A DNA stretch of 64,000 nucleotides from Eledone cirrhosa. Taxonomy: Eukaryota. The stretch is taken from assembly GCA_964016885.1 (NCBI GenBank), contig OZ024743.1:246822001-246886000 (forward strand), in the 5' to 3' direction. The notes beneath the pieces are model-generated. The model had not been told where the DNA came from. It worked only from the letters and a program-made list of their open reading frames with translations, and ran no database searches. Below are positions 37,818 through 51,304 of the stretch, piece by piece. The stretch's first letter is position 1; every line of letters starts with the position of its first letter. Position numbers and translations under genes: made by a program.

Positions 37818-39680
37818 ATACTTTGGCAGGGTCATGTTGCCAATAAGAAACACACGCACCAGTTGCTTTCACTTCAATTTATTATACATTTCCGGTTGGT
37901 TGGTTGGTTTCACAACCAGATGGTTGTTCATATATTGTCAAAGTTCTTTCGTCACACATTCTGTGATCTCTTCAGTGACTGGGGATTCTTTTCTTTGTTT
38001 TGTGCCTCTCCTTTGTTCTATCCTACGCCATCTTGTTTTTGTGTGTATTGTGTGCTTAGTTTGCGCATGTGTTACATCCGGGTGTCTGTGTGTTTTTATT
38101 TGTTTATTTATTTATTACTAGTTAGTTGAGTGTTCTATGTGTGTGTTTTTTCATTTTGTCCTTAATTATAAGTTGTGATGTTGCTATTCCATTCATGTTT
38201 TCTATTTAATTTTGGTTGATGTTTATTTATATTTATTGCCTCTATGATTGGTCTAAACATTGTGTCTTTTCTGTATGTAGATTCTATTTTTATCTCTATG
38301 TTCTCTAATTTGCCCTTATGTTCTATTTTAGCATGTTGGTGGTGTATTGATGAGTCTTTTCTATCTTGGAATTCTCACCAGTGTTCATTTAATCGTTCTC
38401 CTATGCTACGAGCTGTCTCACCTATGTACATTATATTCTTATTTTTACATTGTCCCTCAGTACATCTTATGCTATATACTATGTTTCTAGTTTTACAGTT
38501 AATATGGGGGCTTAGCTTACAGATTATGCATTTCCTATCTATACAGAGAGGTCTTTGAAAAGGGTATGTATTACTAATTAGTGTTTTTATGGAGGTACCT
38601 GGTCTTTCCACTATCTTAATATTTAGTTTAAGTTTATATAGGGCCCTTCTAAATTTGTAAGCTAGTTCACCTCCAGAGGTTGTATTGATGAACATTACAC
38701 TCTGGTATTTATTGTTATCATACCATGAGTTTATTTTATTAACCTTATTCCTAGTTCTTTCTATTCTATTCCAAAATTTGCTCCTATACAAGGATCACAC
38801 ATGCGGGACACGTTCTTCATCACTCGTACCAAGTCTGCGATCAGAATATTAAACTTAGCACTACTGGACATTGCTGAGTTTTTGAGTATCCGGTATTTGG
38901 AGGCCATGGGTTTAGCATGGTGTTAGTAGAAAATTTGGGCCCTCTCGTCTATAGTGTTAATCCAGAGTTCCGTGTCTAATACAGGTAGTCTATTGTTAGG
39001 GTGTTTGGAAGGGTAGTCGATAGTTAGTTATACTCTGGTGTATGGAATTAGCCATCTGCTGGATGCTTTCCATTGTGCTACGTTCTAAATCATGTTCATT
39101 AGTACTCTCTTGTGGGGGGTGTCCTTATTACTATATTAATATCATCTACGTAACGAGAGTACATGATGAGGTCTATGGAGCTCTCATCAAGGAGATCTTT
39201 GAGTCTCCTTTCCCACCATACCATAAAAAGGTTGGCAACATCACCAGCTATGCTGACACCAATGGCTGCTCCCTTATTTTGGGTGTAGATCTTCTCATTG
39301 AATTTGAATATGTGGCCCTTTAGGGTAGTTTTAATACTAGCCCCTATTGCATGCGCGACCATTTTTCGGTCCACATCATCATGTGAGCGTTGAGGATCTT
39401 CTCTCTCCCCTCATGTGTTTGTTGTGTAAGTTCGCTCATGTTGGTGTTGTGGGGTTGCATAGCCTTGATGTAGTTCGGCATGCTGTCTATTGACATCCTA
39501 CCAGACTTATCTACCTCACCATCCCTTGTGCGCTGCTTAAGGCTAACTAAGCCTTCTACAGGTTTCCTTCCAAGTTGTTGGACCTCTGGTCTGCTTTGTC
39601 TCTTAGTATATTGATCTACTATTTGTCTAATCTTATTTCTAGCTATGGTGAACTGTGCCTCTGTCTCGTCATCTATTTGT
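37810..39680 (-). mobile_element. Second, distinct Penelope-like retroelement, internally deleted
   Basis: RT motifs QNKGAAIG and YSRYVDD; GIY-YIG motif NIVYSIRC...YIGETARSIGERLNEH. The 3' terminal region carries a hammerhead fold and ends in a TA microsatellite. Confidence 0.85.
37937..37979 (-). ncRNA. Minimal type I hammerhead ribozyme fold in PLE terminus
   Basis: gtca CTGAAGA gatcaca-gaatg-tgtgac GAAA gaac TT tgac. Stem I gtca/tgac, stem II present, very short stem III. Confidence 0.65.
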
Positions 39681-39969
39681 TGTGGTATACAACATGACGA
39701 TAACATAGACAGCATAGAAATTAAAATAATATCTAAACATAGAAATGATCCAGCAGATTGGCAAATCAGAGAGGCAAGCGAAATAGAGCGAATTTTCACC
39801 TAATGCGGGCCCTAGGGGATAAAAAAGGTGATTTTTTAAAATGTGCATAACACTCCCTGAAATATAAGTAATACACATGTAAAGTTTGAAAAAGATCGGT
39901 TGGGTACTGCTCGGGTTTCACACACACATAAATACATTCTTCCTCAGTTTTATATATATACATATATAG

Positions 39970-40180
39970 ATTAAAATAACAGATTAAAGTTTAAGCAAAG
40001 AATCGTTGCTTTCACCCTTAACGGGACTTTCTGAAACTAAAAACATCAATCTCTGAACGCAGATGTAAATATTTCGAAAAACGTTGCAACCGAAGGAAAA
40101 CAGGAAGACGATACTTTGGTTCGTGAAGATGTTCCCTGGCAATGAACGGAAAATAGCGAACATAATACGTCAGAATGTTC
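39970..40180 (-). mobile_element. Solo 3' terminal fragment of the 57203-60355 PLE family
   Basis: Reverse complement similarity to about 60060-60262. Confidence 0.85.
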
Positions 40181-40259
40181 GTCAGAATGTTGTAATGCAG
40201 ACAGCCAGACATACAGACAGATATTATAAGAGCGCGATGGAGATGGATAACCGTTGCCT

Positions 40260-40429
40260 AACACCCCTTTAACAACAGAAAATTGAAAAATAAAAGCTGC
40301 AGTTAATATCTTTAGACCGCAAGGAATATATAAATGCAAGTTTGAAGTCAATCGGAGTAGAAATGTGGATTTGTATAGACTTGGCAAAAATGAGGGGACA
40401 CACAGACAACTACAGTTTTATATATATAG

Positions 40430-40430
<1 letters not shown>
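40260..40430 (-). mobile_element. Non-autonomous Helitron-like 5' end
   Basis: Minus strand starts tctatatatataaaactgtag. A related end (tatatatataaaactgagg) lies near 39945-39960. Both share aagtttgaa...atcgg motifs. Confidence 0.4.
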
Positions 40431-40468
<38 letters not shown>

Positions 40469-40480
40469 GATATACCTATA

Positions 40481-42007
40481 TATGTTACAAATTTCTTTAA
40501 AAATCCTAACAACAAAATACTAGACAATTTTAATAAAGCCCTCAAAATTGTTCTTTAATTAACTGAAATACAGTGTATTTCATTAAGAAGATGGATATGA
40601 AAGGTTTAAAGACCTCTTTATGTGAGTATATATTCTTTGCTAGATTCTTTATCAATGCACACAACTATTGATCTGTTCAACATTAATCAATAATTATCTG
40701 ATTTTTTTTGAGAAAATTTTCTGATCCAAGGCCATATTGTATTTCAATATTTCCTATTGTTAGCTGCTTGAGCTAGGGAACCGAAAGTGCAGGGACAGTT
40801 TTGCTGAAAGTGAGGGGCCAGTGACGTCCTGTTGATCTGTGTGCCACGGTAGAGTGTGGATGTTTGTTATGACTTGTATGAATGACTGTGTGAATTTTGC
40901 TATGTTCTCTGGCCAGATAGAGTGAGCATCACACAGAGAGAGTCCAGACACAAGTGGAGATGCTTCTCACAACACTATTTTTGAATACTAATTAAAATTT
41001 TAATTTCTTTTGACAAAGCACATATCTATAGAGAATGTAACCTATAGATCATGATATTCAAGCTTTTCCTGATATATGATTGTCCTACCTAAGGACATTA
41101 GAAGAAATGAAAAGCTTTCAATTGATGATTAAAACTGAATGGTCTTGTTTCTGTCTCACCAGAAAAATGTCTGTCTTACTCTTCAGCCATCACAACCACT
41201 AAAATTAACATTTAATATCCTGTAATGATTTAACAGTAAAAACTTTAATTTTTAACGTTATGTAGTCATATTATCTAAATATTGTATATATAAGGTTGTT
41301 AATTAGCATCGTGTAATGATTAGCAGAACATATCTAAAAACAGATTTGTTAATTCAAATGTTTCTAGTATCTTTACTGGTGGACAGATCATTGTGAACAT
41401 TTGTAGTAGACTGAAATAAAAACTTTAATTTTTAATATGATGAAGTTGGTGCTTTGTATTTCTAAAGAATGACTTGCGAATGTGGTTTCATGTAGTACAA
41501 GGCATTAATTGTTAATATATCAATAAGAACTTTAGAAGAGTGTTCAAACTAATACCTTACACACACGTATATCCCACAAAAATATAAACTTAAAAATCAG
41601 CATGCAGCTTATCTACTGGGCCTACAAACCTGGGGACATTGTAAATGTTGCATGGGTTGCAACCTGTGAAATTTATACATGAATATATACTCATGACTGT
41701 ACATACAGTTAACAATATTGGAATATTATTAGTCTGTATGGACCAGTAACCCCTGATGGAGTCCTTGGGGTGCTGTGGTGAGGTACAGCATTTCTTGGGC
41801 ATTTAAACCTAGTGGGACTCATTCCTCTTCAGGTTTGAATTCAGCAGATATTCTTCCAGAGAAGGAGGGAGAGGAAATGAGAAAGAGATAGAGAGGAAGA
41901 ATCAACTCCAGTACTAGACTGGTACTTTTTTTAATCAACCATGGAAAGATGAAAGGCAAAGTTAATCTAAGCATGATTTGAACTCAGATCATATATAGCC
42001 AAAATGA
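40481..42007 (+). repeat. 1.5-kb direct duplication, copy A (copy B at 48890-50441)
   Basis: Near-identical sequence. ORF pairs 40760..40951 / 49153..49386 and 41590..41802 / 50023..50235 match. Confidence 0.95.
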
Positions 42008-42034
42008 TGATGATATATAGATATACATATATAC

Positions 42035-42075
<41 letters not shown>

Positions 42076-42086
42076 TATACATATAG

Positions 42087-42123
<37 letters not shown>

Positions 42124-42142
42124 GATACATATATATACATAT

Positions 42143-42221
<79 letters not shown>

Positions 42222-42789
42222 CATATACATATACTAATATACATATATATTTGTCCGCCGTTTCATTACAGACAAATGGCGGAGAACAGAGGCCATGTAC
42301 CGTTCCTCTCCAACAGATAACTTTCCCCCTTGGAAAACCCCCCAGTTGATGGATGCGAAATCCGAAATATGGGGACAATTAAATCTCTCCCAAGGTAACT
42401 CTATCTCGTGTTATTATTTTTATTTTTTACACTCTTTCCTACGTTCCTCTACACACTATACATCTCATTGTACATTTCCTCTTACATCTCTCTCTTCACC
42501 ACCAGATTCTGTTACCCGGAGATTTACCCATCTGCATTGTTGAGGCTTCCAAAACGACCAAATTTTATATATATATATATATACATATATACATGACTAG
42601 AATAGTTTCAGTCATATGATGATTTCATATGAATGAAACAGTTCTAGTCCCCGTAGAAGTCATTTCTATATATAATAAAGATGCCTATACTCTACCAACA
42701 TATACATATATACATACACACACATACACATATATACATATATACACACACACACACATATATATATATATACACCCACACATATATAC

Positions 42790-42838
<49 letters not shown>

Positions 42839-43897
42839 TATATACATATATACACACACACATATATACATATATATATACACACACACATAAATACATA
42901 TATATATAGTGGCTGCCAACTCGTTTTCGAGTACAGCCACTACCTTTATATCCATGTAGGAGAACCCCTACCGATGCGCTGAACGAGTTTGACTTTTTAG
43001 TCCAGCCAGCGACTTGAAAACTCTGGTACAAACACTACACCTGTGACAATTATTGACACATAGTGCTGGGCCCATGGTACCCTGTGACGACAAGTGTAGA
43101 GAGATCTCCAGATATAAAGCAATGCCTGTGCCGTGAAGCTTTTATAGTGAGCAAAGGCACTGCACAAAGCCAGTCCCTCTCTCTTAACCAAGATGATATT
43201 TACCAAAAAGAAGAACAAGTCAACATCATTGGATACCATCAGAGTTGCAGGTGTTATATCAGAGTTTTCCTTCTCCTAGAATTCTGCCTTGACAAAGGCT
43301 AAGGGTTCATCTCTCCCGGTGATTTTGGATGGCCATTGACTCTTAAGAGCTCCTTTTCCCTTTGACAGGTTTTGTTTTTAGTCCTGCAGGATGTCCAAAG
43401 TCAACCTCCTCACCAAGAAACCTTGGTGGGGTTGCCAGTTTAGTCGCCAACGACCCGACCATGAGTCAGGTTGTACTGGGATACATGTTACTAGTAGCAC
43501 CAACTGGTGACCTGACATATATATATATATATACACACATATATACATACACACACATATACACACACACACATATATACATATATATATATATACACAC
43601 ATATATACATATACACACACATACATATATATATATACACACATATATACATACACACACACATACATATATACACACACACATATATATACACACACAC
43701 ACATATATATATATACATACACACACACACACATATATATATACACATGCACACACACACACATATATATGCACACACACACACATATATATACACACGC
43801 ACACACACATACATATACACACGCACACACACAGACATATATACACACGCACACGGACATATATACACATGCACACACACACATATATATACACACG

Positions 43898-43950
<53 letters not shown>

Positions 43951-44533
43951 CATTATAAAGAAAGAAGAAACATTAGATATATCACGTGATTGACTCCCCC
44001 TCCGCCTTTCGGGATTCTATCTCGCATCCTACGGATGTGTTTTGAAACTCTTAATGAGGTATCCTCTTGATAAGTCCTCACAAAAATTACTATATCTCTG
44101 TGTTGTAGTGTTTTTGCATAATATGCCACAAAACTACGTAGTCGAGGAGTAATGAAGGAATTTGGGTATGGTATATCTTATTAATTATATCTAATATTTC
44201 TTCTTTCTTTATAATGTATTATATATATATATATACACACTTCCCACAGGAACAAGCCGAAGCTGAAGCATATAGACAATATGCCATCACCCCCTTTCAC
44301 TGAAAAGTGGTTGTGGAGGTGCCACGGCAAAAAAAGCACCCAGCACTCACTTTAAATGAGGTTGGTGTTAGGAAGGGCATCCAGCTGTAGAAATCAAGCC
44401 AGAATCAGTTCCTGTATGAGCAAGACAAGGTCAGCCGACTGGATACTGCCCACAACAGGACAACCCGTCTAACCCATGGTAGTGTGGAAGAATGGACGTA
44501 AAACGGTGATGATGATACACACACACATATATA

Positions 44534-45590
44534 TCATCATCATCATCATCGTTTAACGTCCATCTTCCACGCTTGCATGGGTTTGGACGGGAGTTTTCCC
44601 ACTTGAGGCAAGATTTGGTTGTCCTGCTCGTATAGGACTGTCTGGCGGGTTATCTACGGCTGGATACCCTTCCTAACACCAACCACGTTTACAGTGTGGA
44701 CTGGGAGGTTTTTACCGTGTTACCTACACAGCCACATTACAGCGTGGACTGTGTGTTTTTGTCATGACACCTACACGACCTATTTGTTTCGGACTGGATG
44801 TTGTGGTACTTCACATTGAAGGGGGTGGTGTGGATGGGGTGGCGGTAGTGGGACAGGGGTGTATTTTTGTTAGAGGTGCCTACTGACTGTAGGTTTCGCT
44901 TTGTACTTAGGCAAGGCGGGTCTTCTGTATTACTGTGTAGCGCCAAAGATATCGGTCCAGTGACATTGTCTTGGAGAGGTGTAAGTGTGTGAGGTCGGAA
45001 TTTATCAAGTCGTCCCACGTTTTTCTGGGTCTGCCTACTCCGTGGCTACCGTCTATTTTTATCGCCCTGCACTTTTTTATACAGCTGTCGTTTTTCATGC
45101 GCATCATGTGACCGTACCAACGTAGTTTTCTCTTGAGTAAACAACATCTGATCCTTCTTATTCCTAATTTCTCCCTTAGTTCGTTTATGCTTTGCCGTTC
45201 ATGTATATTACTATTACACATCCAGAGGAGCATGCAAGCTTCATTCCTCTCCAGTCTGCGTATATCATCTGCACACAATGTCCAGGTCTCACTGCCATGT
45301 AACATTGCTGTTCGTATGCAGGCATCATAGAGCCTGCCTTTCATTTTTAGAGAGAACCCTTTAGCGGCCAATAGTGGTATAAGCTCTCTGAACTTTTTCC
45401 ATCCCGTTCTGACTCTAGCTACTGTACTTTCAGAGCACCCTCCCCCACTGCTGATTTTGTCACCCAGGTAACGGAAGGTGTCCACTATTTCTATAGAACC
45501 ATCTGGGCAATGGAATGAGCTAGTATTCTGTGGGCACTTGCTACTTATTGCACCAGAGCATCGGCCACATATAAAATCTATATTCTTAGT
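44534..45590 (-). mobile_element. 5'-truncated RTE LINE with intact 3' end
   Basis: ORF 44907..45485 matches the C-terminus of the 35026..36345 ORF. (GAT)n tail at about 44534-44550. Confidence 0.92.
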
Positions 45591-45600
45591 TTATATATAT

Positions 45601-45637
<37 letters not shown>

Positions 45638-45801
45638 CATACATGCATGACTAGAATAGTTTCAGTCATATGATGATTTCATATGAATGAAACAGTTCTA
45701 GTCCCCGTAGAAGTCATTTCTATATATAATAAAGATGCCTATACTCTACCAACATATTGAGTACCTTTTTTAACTGTGGTTACTCCCGGCAACTTGGGAA
45801 C

Positions 45802-45848
<47 letters not shown>

Positions 45849-45930
45849 TTGCATGCAAGCATGGAAAAACGAATGTAAAATATATATATACACATATTTT
45901 ACGTCCGTTTTTCCCCGCTTGCATGGAATA

Positions 45931-45966
<36 letters not shown>

Positions 45967-46642
45967 GTAGTGTAGTTAATATGAAGCATTGTGAGATATG
46001 TAGTATGAGACTGATAATTTTCAAAAGTAGAAAAATACGAAGGGCAAATGATGAGAACAAAACAAAACAAGGTAAAGTAATGTTTTACAGTGTATTTTAT
46101 TATGACATTTCAAGGCTTAAACCCCCTTTTCAGATGTGAAGCTGAAACAATCCAAAACAAAACAAAAACAGCTTCAAATTTGAAAAGAGGGTATTAGCCC
46201 TGAAATATCATACAGTGAGTAAAACATTACTTTACTTCATGTATATATATATTTCATACAAGCATGGAAAAATGGACGTAAAAACGTTGATGATGATGAT
46301 GAAGATATATATATATATACTCACACATTACTTTACTTTGTTTACGTGTGTATAATATACACACAACATATATCATCCAGAAATTTAAGGGAGATAATCT
46401 AGGAAATTACTGGACTTTAGGCGTTTCTTTTTTCATTAACATCTTTAAATAGTCTCATGTGCCTTTTTAAAGTTTAGCTTAGGTTTAGCTTATGTTGATC
46501 TAATCTTTTAACACTTTTGATACCAACCCACCTGAAACCACCTCTGGTTCTATGACACAAAGCTGCTTATTTTAAAGTGTTTATATTTTTCTAAAAACCT
46601 GCCATCATAATTTTATATAAGAACTTTTGTTATGTTATAAAA

Positions 46643-46826
46643 ACGGTGGATTGGCAGTATCGGTAGAGGATCGAACGCCATGCTTTTCAGCATAGTTACG
46701 TCCCTTTACGGTCTGAGTTCAAATCCCGCCGAGGTCAACTTTGCCTTTCATCCTTACGGGGTCGATAAAATAAAGTACCAGTAATGCACTGGGTATTTGC
46801 TGGCCTTGTGCTTAAAGTAGAAACAG
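46643..46826 (+). mobile_element. SINE family 1 copy inserted in a piggyBac-type MITE
   Basis: A and B boxes as above. Flanked by duplicated gttatgttataaaaa (probable TSD). Confidence 0.88.
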
Positions 46827-47008
46827 TTATGTTATAAAAACCAACTTAATAATGAGAAAATTATATTACTAAATCTCTCCAAATACTTGATTATTTAAAA
46901 CATTATTTGAAAATTATATGCACTGGCTCTTATTAGAAATATGGTAATGAAATATATTGGCTTTTAATTTTAACATCAAAATTAGTTTTGAAAAAAATAA
47001 AGGTTTAC

Positions 47009-47125
47009 CTGCATGAGAAAGAATGAAACCATCATTGTAGTAACCTCTTGATTCACGGTATATGTCTGGAATTTGTTGGCTATGATACATGCGAAGATTT
47101 CCTTCATAAACATACCGACCTTGTA
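47009..47125 (-). CDS. Host gene exon C (117 nt)
   Basis: tttatattttttcag|tacaaggt...catgcag|gtaaac, phase 1-1. Open frame VQGRYVYEGNLRMYHSQQIPDIYRESRGYYNDGFILSHA. Confidence 0.8.
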
Positions 47126-48889
47126 CTGAAAAAATATAAATATCCAATTTTTCTTTTATTGACCATATTTTATTAAAATTACTTTTAGATGTTTTATAAA
47201 CCTATCATGACTTTGAGCAGTTGGTAATTTAGGTTCATATATAGTTTCATATGATAAATGTAAGAGATGGTAATAATATGGAATGCAATGGATCCCTGCC
47301 AGTTTTGCTGAAGTGTGTGCCAATTGTTTGATCAATATAATCTCGGAGAGATTCAGCATGACACAGTATGTGACAAAAATGGTTCTTTGAATTACAGTTC
47401 ATCTGATGAACTTTCAAACAGTTTCTGTCAACTTGTGGCTATGAAAACACTTTAGAAAGATGCCACAAAGTGGGACCTTATGATGTTGAAGCAAAATTTT
47501 CAACCATTTTCTCATCATGCAGCAACCATGGTAATGTTACAATTTTTCAAACAATTAATCTCATCTTTAGAAATGGAAATGTTTTTAAAATTGATATTTA
47601 CACTATATTGTATATAGGTGTACATTGAAATTTGAAATTTACTTACCCTAAAGCAAATAACTATAATAATAGTAAATTACTATAAATAATAGTTGAGAAA
47701 AATCAAGTAAAGTACCCATGGAGATGAAAAAAAAAAAACGAACAGAGCTGACTGCAAGAAATTGGATGATGGGGTTTGATTCCCTGCAGGCACCTCTGAC
47801 CACTTATGCTGTCTCCAGAGGTATTTTGCCCACTTTTTTTCAACTAATATTTACAGTGATCAGTTATTTGGCAGTATCGGTAGAGTGTGGGACACTATAC
47901 TTCGTAGCATAGAGTTACGGCCCTTTACGTTCTGAGTTCAAATCCTGCTATGGTTAGCTTTGCCTTTTATCCTTATGGAGTCAATACTAGTAAGCACTGG
48001 GGTCGATCTAATTGACTTTCCTCTACATCCAAATTGGCTATCGTAGAAATCATTATTATACTCATCTGCATGAGAACTACATATGAAAGCAACCTTCATT
48101 TCTAAATTAAGAGTGAATAGCATTCTTATCCACTAGTGAATATTATTACTCTCAGTTTAGAAATAAAAATTCTTCATTTGAATTACATCTAGTACTATGT
48201 AAACATCTAGAAATATTGCATCTAATGATAATCATAAATCAAAGTCAGCGGAATGCAGTTTGTAATGAAGACAATGAAGGATTTGAGAGGACTCTTCAGT
48301 TTGGCCTAGCATATGATAAAATGCATCCAGTGCACCTTGTAATGTGGAAGAACTGGTGCCTTGAAAAAAATGCACCCATTACACTTTGTAAGGCATTTGG
48401 CATTAGGAATGGCATTCATTCGTAGTAACCATGCTAAATATAGAATTTAATGAGTATGATTGGTCACTTCGATCTGTCTCAGACTGTAACAACATGTCCA
48501 ACCCATGCCAGCATGGAAAGCAGACATATAAGGATGTTGATGATGATGATTTTATCTCTAAAAATCAGGTTAATAGTCTGAAAGATTATCTTTTAAACCA
48601 TAACCCATTTTAGACAATTAGACATTTGGGTGTTGAGTCAACAGACCTCAGTTTTTTTCAAGTAGAAAATGTTATTTGATTGAAGGCTTTGCAGAGATTA
48701 TGAAACAATTGTCAAATAAACTCCAATTTTTGAGAACATATATTACTTGTGCTGAATTTAACACTTTTGACACTAACATGCCTAAAACTGTATATGGTTC
48801 TATGAAATAGAATCACCCATTTTACTGGGTTTAAGTTTAAATTAAAATCTTCCAACATAATAATTTGAAATAAGAATCGTTATATAAAT

Positions 48890-50441
48890 TATGTTACAAA
48901 TTTCTTTAAAAATCCTAACAACAAAATACTAGACAATTTTAATAAAGCCCTCAAAATTGTTCTTTAATTAACTGAAATACAGTGTATTTCATTAAGAAGA
49001 TGGATATGAAAGGTTTAAAGACCTCTTTATGTGAGTATATATTCTTTGCTAGATTCTTTATCAATGCACACAACTATTGATCTGTTCAACATTAATCAAT
49101 AATTATCTGATTTTTTTTGAGAAAATTTTCTGATCCAAGGCCATATTGTATTTCAATATTTCCTATTGTTAGCTGCTTGAGCTAGGGAACCGAAAGTGCA
49201 GGGACAGTTTTGCTGAAAGTGAGGGGCCAGTGATGTCCTGTTGGAAGTGTGGGCCATGACTCTCCCTTGATCTGTGTGCCACGGTAGAGTGTGGATGTTT
49301 GTTATGACTTGTATGAATGACTGTGTGAATTTTGCTATGTTCTCTGGCCAGATAGAGTGAGCATCACACAGAGAGAGTCCAGACACAAGTGGAGATGCTT
49401 CTCACAACACTATTTTCGAATACTAATTAAAATTTTAATTTCTTTTGACAAAGCACATATCTATAGAGAATGTAACCTATAGATCATGATATTCAAGCTT
49501 TTCCTGATATATGATTGTCCTACCTAAGGACATTAGAAGAAATGAAAAGCTTTCAATTGATGATTAAAACTGAATGGTCTTGTTTCTGTCTCACCAGAAA
49601 AATGTCTGTCTTACTCTTCAGCCATCACAACCACTAAAATTAACATTTAATATTCTGTAATGATTTAACAGTAAAAACTTTAATTTTTAATGTTATATAT
49701 AATGTTATATATAATGTTATATATAAGGTTGTTAATTAGCATCTTGTAATGATTAGCAGAACATATCTAAAAACAGATTTGTTAATTCAAATGTTTCTAG
49801 TATCTTTACTGGTGGACAGATCATTGTGAACATTTGTAGTAGACTGAAATAAAAACTTTAATTTTTAATATGATGAAGTTGGTGCTTTGTATTTCTAAAG
49901 AATGACTTGCGAATGTGGTTTCATGTAGTACAAGGCATTAATTGTTAATATATCAATAAGAACTTTAGAAGAGTGTTCAAACTAATACCTTACACACACG
50001 TATATCCCACAAAAATATAAACTTAAAAATCAGCATGCAGCTTATCTACTGGGCCTACAAACCTGGGGACATTGTAAATGTTGCATGGGTTGCAACCTGT
50101 GAAATTTATACATGAATATATACTCATGACTGTACATACAGTTAACAATATTGGAATATTATTAGTCTGTATGGACCAGTAACCCCTGATGGAGTCCTTG
50201 GGGTGCTGTGGTGGGGTACAGCATTTCTTGGGCATTTAAACCTAGTGGGACTCATTCCTCTTCAGGTTTGAATTCAGCAGATATTCTTCCAGAGAAGGAG
50301 GGAGAGGAAATGAGAAAGAGATAGAGAGGAAGAATCAACTCCAGTACTAGACTGGTACTTTTTTTTAATCAACCATGGAAAGATGAAAGGCAAAGTTAAT
50401 CTAAGCACGATTTGAACTCAGATCATATATAGCCAAAATGA
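48890..50441 (+). repeat. 1.5-kb direct duplication, copy B
   Basis: Matches 40481-42007 apart from a 26-bp indel and a remodelled short repeat. Confidence 0.95.
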
Positions 50442-50472
50442 AAATCGCAAAGCATTCTATCCGACAAACTAA

Positions 50473-50805
50473 TCATCATCATCGTCATTTTACGTCCGCT
50501 TTTCCCTGCTTGCAAGGCTGGAACGGGAACTGATTCTGGCTTGATTTCTACAGCTGGATGCCCTTCCTAACACCAACCTCATTTACAGTGAGTGCTGGGT
50601 GCTTTTTTGCTGTGGCACCTCCACGACCACTTTGCAGTGGAATGATAGGGACCCCAGTCCCTATCATCTCATTTCTACAGCTGAGTAAACTGGAGCAATG
50701 TGAAATAAAGTGTCTTGCTCAAGGAAACAACACATCACCCGGTCTGAGTATTGAACTGACAACCTTTCGATTGCAAGGCCAATTCTCTAACAACTAAGCC
50801 ATGTG
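50473..50805 (-). mobile_element. SINE family 2 copy, near-identical inverse of 61100-61440
   Basis: Visible directly, and ORFs 50558..50797(+) and 61110..61349(-) are almost the same. A partial copy lies near 44300-44516. Confidence 0.85.
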
Positions 50806-51006
50806 TCTCAACTGTTAATCCACTGTTAATTCACTGCCTTTATATTATTAAGATTATTGATTTAAATTTCCATGAAGTTCTTAGCCACATTTCACATTAC
50901 ATAAGATCTGAAGATATTGAGAAGGTGGATATACAAATAACTTTCCATGAAATTCAATCAGTATCACTAATAAAATAAAACATATAATAAAAGCATTGAT
51001 TCTTAC

Positions 51007-51275
51007 CATTGTTAACATTAGGCATTGATGCCATATCTCTCATGAGAACAGGGTTTTTTCTCATGCCATTCTTGAGTTCATAGTAAGCATCATTTGGTCC
51101 CGATGCTTGCATATAAGATTTTGTCATCCAAAGATGTGAAGAACCAACCTTTGGCATTGGGTTTGATGTTTGTTCTTCTTGGTGACTCCTCACCGACTGG
51201 CTGTTGCTGGAATCAGTTGCGATAGCTGGAAGGTTGTTAAAATTCCGGTTTCTGCTCTTCCGCCTACTTCGAGGA
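51007..51275 (-). CDS. Host gene exon B (269 nt): basic juxtamembrane stretch and cytoplasmic tail
   Basis: tttatctacttacag|tcctcgaagt...aacaatg|gtaaga, phase 2 to phase 1. Encodes PRSRRKSRNRNFNNLP...DAYYELKNGMRKNPVLMRDMASMPNVNN. The positive-inside cluster directly follows the TM helix. Confidence 0.85.
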
Positions 51276-51304
51276 CTGTAAGTAGATAAAGTAATATATA
51301 TATA

